This document shows, piece after piece, positions 44,722-52,910 of a stretch of DNA of 64,000 bases; position 1 is the first letter of the stretch, and the number at the start of each line of letters is the position of its first letter. The DNA lies in assembly GCA_963844865.1 (NCBI GenBank), contig CAWJPY010000001.1, positions 81,415-145,414 of the forward strand. The letters run 5' to 3'. The notes below the pieces were generated by a model. It did not search any database. It was not told the origin of the DNA and saw only the letters and a list, made by a program, of their open reading frames with translations. The translations under genes were made by a program, and so were the position numbers. This DNA is from an uncultured Holophagae bacterium (GTDB lineage: Bacteria > Acidobacteriota > Thermoanaerobaculia > Thermoanaerobaculales > Sulfomarinibacteraceae).

Positions 44722-46529
44722 TGCTCTCTCCCTCCTTGCTTGGGGCGATCACCGTGCGCGGTCAGCGCGGGGAGACGGTGACGCGGAAAGAGGAGGCGAA
44801 CCGTCGAGCCAACGCCGGGCGTCGACTCGATGTCTACGTTGCCTCCGTGCTCGGTGACCGTCTTCTTGGTCACCAGCAGACCGAGGCCGGTGCCGGCGGT
44901 TCCCTTGGTCGTGAAGAAGCTGGTGAACACCTTGCGCGTGATCTCGGCGTCCATGCCGCAGCCGTTGTCCTCGACCTCGAACTCGAGACACCCGCGTCGA
45001 TCTCGGGTTCGAACCACGACTCGGCCTCCATCGCGGTCGCTCACGAGGCAGGCGTCGATCGCGTTCGAGATCAGGTTGGCCAGGCAACGGTGAATGCCGT
45101 CGGCGTCCAGGTTCGCGGCCCGGATCCCCTCCTGGAGCTCGCTGGAGATCACCACGCCCTTCTCGCGCGCCGCCTCCTCGAACAGAGCCACCACGTCCTT
45201 CACGAGGGCATTCGGATCGGTGGGTGCGACCTTCGCCTCGCGGCCCTTCGCGAAGCTCAGAAACTCGCGTACGAAGGTCGTGATCTTGTGGAAGTTCCGA
45301 TCGAGCATCTCCCAGCCCTGCTGGAGCTTGTCTCGCCGGTCCTCCTCGATCCCCCAGCGCACCAGGAACATCCCACCCTCCAGCCCGGTCAGGATGTTCT
45401 TGACCCCGTGGGCGAGCCCGGCCACGGTCTGGCCGACGGCCGCCAGCCGCTCCGCATCCAGCTTCTCCCGCTCGAGCCTCTTGACGTCCCGCAGGTCCTG
45501 CAGGAAGCCCGCGGTGCCGAGCGTCCGGTCACCGCGACGGACCACCACGCCGGCAAAGCGAACGGGAATCTCGACGTTCCCGGCTCGTATCGTGGTCTCG
45601 CGCAGGATCGAGCTGCTTCCCCCGTCACCCAGCACAGCCAGGAACTCCGCCGGGTAGACGCGCTCCAGCTCGGTACTCCCCCGCATCTCATCCGCGGTGA
45701 CGCCGAGCAGGGCCTCGGCCGCAGGGTTGAGCACGGTGATTCGCCTCTCGGCATCGGTGGCGACGATGGCGTCGAACGACTGATCGATGGTGCTGGCCAA
45801 GAACTGCCGCTCCCGCTCCAGCGCCGCCTCGAGGACCTCGACGTCGGTGACATCGTGCAGGATCTCGATGATGTACTCGATCGGCTCTCCCTTGCGGGCC
45901 AGGGGCGCGGTGGTCACTACGTAGGACGCCTGCTGTCCGTCCTTCCGACGTGCGACGGAGCGGGCGCTGTGGACCCCTCCGTCCTCGAGGCTGCGCAGCG
46001 CGGGGCAGCCCGGGCAGCGCTCATCGGTGTTCTTGTACGCCTCGTGGCAGAGCTTGCCCACCTGGTCGCCAAACGTCGTGCGCAGCAGCTCGTTGGTGCG
46101 TACGATGCGCAGCCGGCGATCGAGCACGGCGACGTAGCATGGAACCCGCTCGAACAGGATCTGGTGCTCGCGCTCGAGGTGCTTGCTCTGGGTGACGTCG
46201 GTGGCCATGGTGAGGACGTAGGCCACACGGCCGTCCTCCCCGGGCACCGGAACGCAGTGGACGACGTAGTGCCCGTGCCGGCCCGCCTTGTCGACCCAGA
46301 CCTCGGTCGTGGTGCGGCTCCGTCCGTCCGCGAAGACCCGAGCTGCCTCACACCCTTCGCAGCGGGTGCTGCAGCCGCGGAGAACGTCGTAGCATCGCCG
46401 GTTCTCCCACTCCCCGAAGACACTGGCGAGCCGCCGGTTGGCCTTGACGATGCGGTACTCACGGTCGAGCACGCCGAGGATCTGCGGGACCTCCTCGAAG
46501 AGGTGCGACTGGATCCAGGAGTCGATCAT
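44718..46529 (-). CDS. cytoplasmic sensor histidine kinase with three PAS domains (two Cys-rich)
   Basis: H-box LAHGVKNIL; N, G1 and G2 boxes (LISNAIDA, DNGCGM, GTGLGL). No TM segments. ATG 46529 overlaps the upstream RR stop; the ORF-track start at 46775 is an extension. Confidence 0.88.
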   Translation of the reverse strand: MIDSWIQSHLFEEVPQILGVLDREYRIVKANRRLASVFGEWENRRCYDVLRGCSTRCEGCEAARVFADGRSRTTTEVWVDKAGRHGHYVVHCVPVPGEDGRVAYVLTMATDVTQSKHLEREHQILFERVPCYVAVLDRRLRIVRTNELLRTTFGDQVGKLCHEAYKNTDERCPGCPALRSLEDGGVHSARSVARRKDGQQASYVVTTAPLARKGEPIEYIIEILHDVTDVEVLEAALERERQFLASTIDQSFDAIVATDAERRITVLNPAAEALLGVTADEMRGSTELERVYPAEFLAVLGDGGSSSILRETTIRAGNVEIPVRFAGVVVRRGDRTLGTAGFLQDLRDVKRLEREKLDAERLAAVGQTVAGLAHGVKNILTGLEGGMFLVRWGIEEDRRDKLQQGWEMLDRNFHKITTFVREFLSFAKGREAKVAPTDPNALVKDVVALFEEAAREKGVVISSELQEGIRAANLDADGIHRCLANLISNAIDACLVSDRDGGRVVVRTRDRRGCLEFEVEDNGCGMDAEITRKVFTSFFTTKGTAGTGLGLLVTKKTVTEHGGNVDIESTPGVGSTVRLLFPRHRLPALTAHGDRPKQGGREQ

Positions 46530-46954
46530 GTCGTTGCCCTCCGCGAGCGCGCCGCCATCTCCACGGTTGCCACGAAGGCGTCGGCGTTGGGAGGCTTCTC
46601 GATGTACTCGTACGGACCGGCGACCGGCTCGTCGATCGGTTCGTCCGGCGGGAAGGTGATGTGCGGCTTGAGGGCGCTGATGAAGACCACCGGCGTCTGG
46701 TCGATCTCCTCGTCGGCGCGGATTCTCCGTAGCAGGGCGGTTCCGCTCTCCTCGGGCATCACGATGTCGATGCACGCGACGTCCGGGTGCACCCGCTTGA
46801 TCAGCTCGAACCCTTCAGCGGCGCTGGCCGCGGTGTAGGCCCGGTGGCCGCGCCTCTCCAGCACCGCCGCCAGATAGGCCGCCACGTCGGGTTCGTCGTC
46901 GATGATGATCACCGACAGGGGGCCTGCGCCGCTCTCATCTCGCTTCCCCTTCAT
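46526..46954 (-). CDS. single-domain response regulator
   Basis: VIIIDDEPD...CIDIVMPEESG...KP. ATG 46954 overlaps the stop of the NrfD-cytochrome gene (ATGA). Confidence 0.8.
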   Translation of the reverse strand: MKGKRDESGAGPLSVIIIDDEPDVAAYLAAVLERRGHRAYTAASAAEGFELIKRVHPDVACIDIVMPEESGTALLRRIRADEEIDQTPVVFISALKPHITFPPDEPIDEPVAGPYEYIEKPPNADAFVATVEMAARSRRATT

Positions 46955-48837
46955 CCGCCACCTCGGGTGGCCAGCTCGTGGCTCTGCCGCTGGCGAGCGA
47001 GAGTCGCCATCTGGACCTTGCCGGCTTCGTGATGGCACGTGGCGCAGTCACCGTGGTGCGGCCGCTCCAGCTCCGCGGCGCGCTCCTTGTGGCATGGGAT
47101 GCACAGATTGTGCATGGCGTCCATGTATCCGGCGGCCGCCCGATAGCGCTCCGGATCCTCGGGCTCGATCCTCGACTTTTCACGGTTGATGGCGAGCTCG
47201 TGGCGGTGGCAGCCTTCGGCCGTGCAGCCCACCGTCGTCTCCGCACACCTCGGTCCCGCCTGGGGCGGGTGACAGACCACACACGGTTTGCGGTGCTCAC
47301 GCTCCTCGATCGTGCGGACGTGACCATCGTGGTCGAAGATGCTCGTGGGCGACCACATGTCCCGGTGACAGCTCCAGCACGGTGTGTCCTCGTCGAGCGG
47401 CAGCGCCATGTGGTGACAGACCGGGCACGACTCCTCGCCCCCCAGCTTGTCCTCGTGCTTGCGGTGAGGGAAGCGGACAACCTCGCCGGCCCGGTCACCG
47501 TCGATCAGGAGAACGTCACGGCCGCGCGGCCGACTGACCGCCTCGGGGACGGCGGAGGCGCCGAACAGGGCGGCCCGGGGCAGCAGCCCGAAGGCGACCG
47601 CCGCGCCGAAGACGAAGGCCAGCGAGTAGCGCTTGAAGCCGCCGAGCACGGAGCCGTCCCGAAACACGCCGGAGACTCTGTCCCGCTCTGGAGGTGAGAA
47701 CCTCGTGTCCCGGTCATCGAGCTCGGGTTCGGGCTGCCACACCTCATAGTGCTCCACGAGAAACATCCAGATCAGCACGGCGATCCCCGGGACGAGGCCC
47801 AGGCTCATCAGCAGCTCCAGGGCCGACGGGAAGTAGGTCGTTCCGGTGGGGGCGATCGTCGCCAGCCCGGCAACGCTCACCCGGTTGAGGACGAACCCGA
47901 CCACCACAGCGAGCGCCACCAACCCGAGCAGGGTCCGGTTCTCCCGGACCCGGCGCCACTGCAGCAGCAGCGACGGCACCAGGAGCAGCGGCACCATCTC
48001 GAACCAGAACAGGGCGCCGCTCCAGCTCCGCTCGATCAGGTAGGCAACGTCTCCCCGGACAACGAGATCGACCAGGCGGATCGCCATGAACAGCCACACC
48101 ACCAGGGCCAGGAAGCGGCCGAGGTGCTGCAGCTGGCGGTCGTTGACTTTCCTGCGATACAGGAAGTTCGCGATGTACGACTCGACGATGACCGCCGCCA
48201 GGCCCATGGCCACGCAGGAGACGAAGAACTGGACGTTGATGATCGGCGTGTAGAACAGGGGGTGCAGCCGATGCGGCATGATGGCGAACAGGGTGCCCAG
48301 GGACGACTGGTGGAGCACCGACAGCGCGATGCCGAACACCACCAGGGGGATGGCCACGCGTCTGAGAAAGCCCAAGCAGAGATCGCACAGCCGGGACTGC
48401 TCGCGGTGCTTCTCGAGGACCACCGGTGCAAACTCCAGCGCCAGCACCGTGAGGTAGAGCATGACGCACCAGGCGACCTCGAAGAGCGGTGAGTGGAGGT
48501 TCCAGAAGACCACGGGCCGCCAGATGTTCCACGGGATCCCGAGGTCGACGATGAGGCTGACCACGAAGAAGGTGTAGCCGAGGAAGCCGAGCAGCACCGC
48601 CCGCCGGGCCAGCAGATGGTACGGCTCCAGCCTGAAGATGTAGACCACCGCCGCGATCGTGAAGCCACCGGCGGCGAACGCGACGCCAGCCAGCTTGAGC
48701 CCGATCCACAGCCCCCACGGCGTCACATCGCTGAGATTGGTGGTGGCGCCGAGGCCGGTGGCAAAACGGGCGGCGAGCGCCACCAGCGCAGCGCCGACGA
48801 CCGCCCACAGGATCGTCTTGACCACCCGGACTCTCAT
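46951..48837 (-). CDS. NrfD/PsrC/DsrP-like quinone-interacting membrane subunit fused to a C-terminal multiheme cytochrome c domain
   Basis: About 10 TM helices of the NrfD type (GLWIGLKLAGVAFAAGGF...), one further TM, then a ~190-aa domain with CPVCH, CWSCH, CVVCH, CTAEGCH (CX4CH), CIPCH and CATCH. ATG 48837 overlaps the upstream stop. Confidence 0.8.
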   Translation of the reverse strand: MRVRVVKTILWAVVGAALVALAARFATGLGATTNLSDVTPWGLWIGLKLAGVAFAAGGFTIAAVVYIFRLEPYHLLARRAVLLGFLGYTFFVVSLIVDLGIPWNIWRPVVFWNLHSPLFEVAWCVMLYLTVLALEFAPVVLEKHREQSRLCDLCLGFLRRVAIPLVVFGIALSVLHQSSLGTLFAIMPHRLHPLFYTPIINVQFFVSCVAMGLAAVIVESYIANFLYRRKVNDRQLQHLGRFLALVVWLFMAIRLVDLVVRGDVAYLIERSWSGALFWFEMVPLLLVPSLLLQWRRVRENRTLLGLVALAVVVGFVLNRVSVAGLATIAPTGTTYFPSALELLMSLGLVPGIAVLIWMFLVEHYEVWQPEPELDDRDTRFSPPERDRVSGVFRDGSVLGGFKRYSLAFVFGAAVAFGLLPRAALFGASAVPEAVSRPRGRDVLLIDGDRAGEVVRFPHRKHEDKLGGEESCPVCHHMALPLDEDTPCWSCHRDMWSPTSIFDHDGHVRTIEEREHRKPCVVCHPPQAGPRCAETTVGCTAEGCHRHELAINREKSRIEPEDPERYRAAAGYMDAMHNLCIPCHKERAAELERPHHGDCATCHHEAGKVQMATLARQRQSHELATRGGG

Positions 48838-49658
48838 GCCTCCCCCCCATCCTCCGGCTCGGAGCGCTGTGAAGAGCTCGGTGGCACCTTTCCTCTCCCC
48901 TCCTCCTCCATGACCCGATCGCGGCGCCTGAGGAAAAGATAGGTCCCGGCCATCACGGCGCACGCGCTGACGAAGGTAGCGGGCACCGTCGACAGGATGC
49001 GCTCGGTGGCGTGGGGATAGGGCTCGTCGCCCAGCGAGCCATACCGGGGGCCGAAGACGTCGTCCAGATTGACCTCGGAGAGGTAGAGGACCGAGGTGCC
49101 GCCGACCTGGTGCTCGCCCCAGATCCGGTTGGAGAAGTAGACCCCAGGGTTGTCGGCGATGCGTCGCCGCGCCTCATCGAGGGCCTCCTCGCGGCTCGTG
49201 AAGAACACCGTGGCCTCCTCCGGGCAGGCCTTGGTACAGGCAGGCTGATCGATGTCGCCCCGGCGCATGGCCTCGTAGCACATGGTGCACTTGCTGATGT
49301 AGGGGAAGTTCTTCTCCCACATGTAGCGGGGGATCTCGTACGGGCAGGCCATCATGCAGTAGCGACAGCCCATGCAGATCTCGCGATCGTAGACCACGGG
49401 GCCGTCCGCGGTCTTGTGCAGGGCGCCGACCGGGCAGACGGCGGCGCAGGCCGGCTCCAGGCAGTGTCGGCACTGCAGGCGTACGTAGTGATCACCCGGT
49501 TCGTGCACAACCGAGGTGTAGCGGGCGCCGTTGAGCCCGTCGGGCTCCCGCCACCGGTAGCGCATGTCCGATGAGAGGTGGTTGATCTCGACGCACGCGT
49601 CCACGCAGCGCTCACAACCGGTGCACCTGGTGGTGTCGGTGAGGATGGCGAAGCTCAT
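48834..49658 (-). CDS. 4x[4Fe-4S] ferredoxin subunit (DmsB/HmcB/DsrO-like) with a C-terminal TM anchor and no recognisable signal peptide
   Basis: CTGCERCVDAC, CRHCLEPACAAVCP, CMGCRYCMMACP and CTMC...CTKACP cluster motifs. TM helix VPATFVSACAVMAGTYLFL. The protein starts MSFAILTDTTRC with no RR motif. ATG 49658 follows GGAGGG. Confidence 0.82.
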   Translation of the reverse strand: MSFAILTDTTRCTGCERCVDACVEINHLSSDMRYRWREPDGLNGARYTSVVHEPGDHYVRLQCRHCLEPACAAVCPVGALHKTADGPVVYDREICMGCRYCMMACPYEIPRYMWEKNFPYISKCTMCYEAMRRGDIDQPACTKACPEEATVFFTSREEALDEARRRIADNPGVYFSNRIWGEHQVGGTSVLYLSEVNLDDVFGPRYGSLGDEPYPHATERILSTVPATFVSACAVMAGTYLFLRRRDRVMEEEGRGKVPPSSSQRSEPEDGGEA

Positions 49659-50356
49659 ATGGGCTGACCCTCCTTGCCGACCTGGCGAGCAACCGCCTCG
49701 GGGTAGCTGTCGGGGAAGCGCCACGCCAGCTCGGACGGCAACCTGGTCAACGGCAGCAACGCCATGTGGGCGAGCTTGGTGAAGGGAATGACCAGGAAGC
49801 AGACGCCGCCGCTCAGGACGTGCACGAGCATGGTGGGGTCGTAGGGAAACGGGTTGACGCCGGGGTGGGCGGCCAGAAATCCGGACAGGAACGGGACCGT
49901 CAGCAACGCGGGCAGGGTCCAGTCCTGGGCCCTGCTGATGACCCTGGATGCACGTCCGGCCAACCGCGAGAGCAGCAGCGCCAACGCAGCCCCCACCGTC
50001 ACCAGGGACAGCACGTCCGCGACGCCCCCGGGCAACGCCCACCACGAGAGGCCGAGGTTGGCGTCGATCAGCTGAATGTGAGCCCACAGGAGGATCGGCG
50101 TGAGGATCACTCCGATGTGGAACAGGACCGAAAGTCCCGAGAAGAGCCGGTGTTGGCGCAGGTGGCGCAGGGGAACGATCCAGTCCACAGTCTGGGCGGC
50201 GACGCGGCCCCAGGAGACGTCCTTGTGCTCGGTGAGCCGACGGGCTCGGGCGACACTCCACAGTGTCACGATCACGCTGCGCGCCAGCCCCAGCACCATG
50301 ACGGCGAACGTGAAACGGAAGAACGGGCCACGCGCGAATGCCAGCCACTCATCCAT
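49655..50356 (-). CDS. NarI/DsrM/HmcE-like membrane cytochrome b subunit
   Basis: 5-6 TM helices with conserved His (FHIGVILTPILLWAH, MLVHVLSG) in the position typical for DsrM next to DsrK. ATG 50356 after GGAGGGAGAGAAGGAG. Confidence 0.7.
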   Translation of the reverse strand: MDEWLAFARGPFFRFTFAVMVLGLARSVIVTLWSVARARRLTEHKDVSWGRVAAQTVDWIVPLRHLRQHRLFSGLSVLFHIGVILTPILLWAHIQLIDANLGLSWWALPGGVADVLSLVTVGAALALLLSRLAGRASRVISRAQDWTLPALLTVPFLSGFLAAHPGVNPFPYDPTMLVHVLSGGVCFLVIPFTKLAHMALLPLTRLPSELAWRFPDSYPEAVARQVGKEGQPI

Positions 50357-50375
50357 TGCTCCTTCTCTCCCTCCC

Positions 50376-51833
50376 TCAGATGGCGGTCGGATCCTCGACG
50401 CGACGCTCGGCGGCGGGCCTCGCACCAGGGATCTCGATCGCCTTCAGGATCAGGTCGTGGAGACCCACGACCTCGACCTCCCCCAGCTCGTGATCCTCGA
50501 CGAGCTCGCGGAGCTGCTTCTTGCAGTTGGCGCAGGGGGCAACCACGTACCGGGCGCCGGAGGCACGGATCTGGTCCGCCTTGCGCTTGCCGCCGACGCC
50601 GGTGCGGAAGCTGCGAATCTCATCGATGGAAACGGTGCCCCCGCCGCCGCCGCAGCAGTAGTTGTCGCTGCCGCAAGGGTCCATCTCGACGTAGTTCGCG
50701 CAGAACGAGCGCAGGATCTCGCGCGGCTGATCGATGATCCACCCCTTGCGGGCCACGTTGCAGGGGTCGTGATAGGTCACCACGTCGGTGACGATGTCCG
50801 GGTTGAGGGTCAGCCTGCCCTCCTCCAGCATCCGGTGCGTCCACTCGACGCAGCTCACCACCTCCGGTGGATCCGCCCCGCCGAACACCGGAACGTAGTC
50901 CTTGGCCGAACGAGAGGCGTGGCCGCACTCGCCGACCATGATCTTGGAGCACCGCAGACGTCGGACCTCCGCGGTGAGCTGCCGGATGATGCGGCGCAGG
51001 TAACGGTCGTTGATGAACAACCCGTAGTTGATGCCGTCGAAGTCGCCGGAACCGATGGTCCACGAGCAGCCCGTCGCATAGAACACCGCCGCGTTGCCCA
51101 TCAGGGTGTCGGCCTCCAGCAGGAAGTCGCTGACCGCCGGCACGAAGAGATACTCTGCCTCCCCGACGTCGATCGGAAACCTGACCTGGTCGAAGCCGAG
51201 CTGCTCCTCCAGCTCCTCCTCGAGGAACTCGCAGGTGTCGGCCATGGCCGCCACGGGGATCGCAGAGGTGTTGTGGGTCCTGCCCTCCAGCTGCTCACGC
51301 ACCGCCACCACCAGCGCCTTGGGCGCCAGCCCGATCTCCGACAGGATGTGGCGCATCAGGTGGGTCATCAGGCCGTGGTCGATGCCCAGCGGACACTCCA
51401 TGGTGCAGCGGCGGCACGCGGTGCATCGGTAGACCGACTCCGCCATCTCGTCGAGGTATGAGTCGGTGAGCTCCCACGCCGTGCCGAGACGGGCGCGGAG
51501 CATGCCGGAGACGGTGAAGTATCGGCGGTAGATCCTGAGAATGAGCTCGGTTCGATAGCAGGGAATGTCCCGAGGGTCCCCACTGGTGTCGTACACCGGG
51601 CAGACGTCGGCACAGCGGGAGCACTTGGTGGTGACGCGCGAGTACAGATCGAGCCAGTATCCGTAGGCGCTGTGACGGACGACGGCCGCCATCACCGAGA
51701 GGAACCGCCGGACCCGGTTGCGCTCATCGTAGGGTTCGACGTAGAACGAGTATCGTCCGGCGCCCTCGACCCCGGCACCACTACGCGGACTCGATTCCGG
51801 GTCAACATCGATCGCCGCCTCGTGCACCATCAC
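50376..51833 (-). CDS. HdrD/DsrK/HmcF-like Fe-S protein with two CCG domains
   Basis: CSRCADVCPV and CTACRRCTMECPLG ferredoxin motifs, plus CCG-type motifs (HDPCNVAR, CCGGGGG, PCANCKKQL). Confidence 0.85.
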   Translation of the reverse strand: MMVHEAAIDVDPESSPRSGAGVEGAGRYSFYVEPYDERNRVRRFLSVMAAVVRHSAYGYWLDLYSRVTTKCSRCADVCPVYDTSGDPRDIPCYRTELILRIYRRYFTVSGMLRARLGTAWELTDSYLDEMAESVYRCTACRRCTMECPLGIDHGLMTHLMRHILSEIGLAPKALVVAVREQLEGRTHNTSAIPVAAMADTCEFLEEELEEQLGFDQVRFPIDVGEAEYLFVPAVSDFLLEADTLMGNAAVFYATGCSWTIGSGDFDGINYGLFINDRYLRRIIRQLTAEVRRLRCSKIMVGECGHASRSAKDYVPVFGGADPPEVVSCVEWTHRMLEEGRLTLNPDIVTDVVTYHDPCNVARKGWIIDQPREILRSFCANYVEMDPCGSDNYCCGGGGGTVSIDEIRSFRTGVGGKRKADQIRASGARYVVAPCANCKKQLRELVEDHELGEVEVVGLHDLILKAIEIPGARPAAERRVEDPTAI

Positions 51834-52511
51834 CCTCCTCGCCAGGACCCACAGAGGTCCTGTCCTTCATGACCCGAGCAAGATCTGAACCAGCTCCGCG
51901 AGGTGCGCCCGAGGTCCGTCGGCGGGGACCGTAGCAAGCTCGAGCGTCGCCGTGACCGGGTCGACCGCCCCGGGCGAGCAGAGGGCGCGACGGCAGCGTC
52001 CGTGGACAGGGCCGAAACGGAAACCTCCGTGCGACATGAGCCTCCGAGGGCGTCACGACGCGTCCTCGCAGCGCGAGGCCGGTCTCGGCGAGGGCAGCGC
52101 TCTCATCCACGACGCGGACGTTCGCGACGGACATACCACTGCGGATCCGGGACGAGGATCCCACCCCGGCAAGTGCTGCAAAGTGCATTGTTACAGCTCG
52201 ACGATCTTCACAGGATGCTCGCGTGGGACTGGACCAGGCGACCTGCTGGAACACCAGCGAAGCATGCCCGGCCCGCCGCCCAAGACCTCCTGCCGGCGCC
52301 CTTCTCCGGCGGCTCGCCGGAAGGTCTGCCACCCCTTCTCGCGTCTCCCCCCTGATCCTCCGACCGAGGTGGAAGGCACCTTGCTTGAACGCGTCTGTGT
52401 GGTGTCTGAGGCGGAGGCAGAGCAACCGATGCTGAGTGTCCAGGCGACCCGGTCCCGCGCGACGCCGGTGGAGGGTGACGCGCTCGGCCCGACACACCTC
52501 GGGGGAACGAC

Positions 52512-52910
52512 ATGAAGGCACTGCTGGTCCTCTCTGAGCGTGAGCCGCTCCTGATCGTCACCCCGCGCGCGGCCATCCGTGATGGCCGCCTGGCGGCTGA
52601 CCTTGCCGGCAGAGGGTTGCCGAGGTTCATCGCGTACGACCTGCCGCTGGAGAAGGTGCGCGAGAGATATGGCCCGTCGTTCTCAGTCATCGAGCGGGCG
52701 GTCATGACGGGCCGGCGGTCCCGCGTGCTCGACTTCGACGGCGCGAGGACCTTCCGCCACCTCTCCATCTCCGACCTCGGCTCATCGTTCGTCTGCGACC
52801 GCGATGAGCGTCAAGCTTCGGATGTTCCGCGGCGGGGGGCCTCCCCCCTCTGGGAAAGCGAGCGTCCGCCGAGCACCAGAACCGGGTGCCGAGACGATCG
52901 ACCGTGGTGA
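52512..52910 (+). CDS. hypothetical small cytoplasmic protein
   Basis: Strong GC3 bias over roughly the first 95 codons (MKALLVLSEREPLLIVTP...FIAYDLPLEKVRERYG...VLDFDGARTFRHLSISDLG), GGGGGA before the ATG. The 3' tail overlaps the convergent rSAM gene and loses codon bias. Confidence 0.5.
   Translation: MKALLVLSEREPLLIVTPRAAIRDGRLAADLAGRGLPRFIAYDLPLEKVRERYGPSFSVIERAVMTGRRSRVLDFDGARTFRHLSISDLGSSFVCDRDERQASDVPRRGASPLWESERPPSTRTGCRDDRPW

Noticed and set aside
51802-52521. The 239-aa minus-strand ORF upstream of the HdrD-like gene as an extra first subunit (for example DsrJ/DsrC-like).
   Set aside because: It has no heme-binding or DsrC-type motifs. Codon bias is mixed and the composition is Arg/Pro/Gly-rich. 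It would overlap the HdrD-like start by 32 nt with no RBS. I treated it as non-coding, although a short peptide (MSVANVRVVDESAALAETG...) cannot be excluded.
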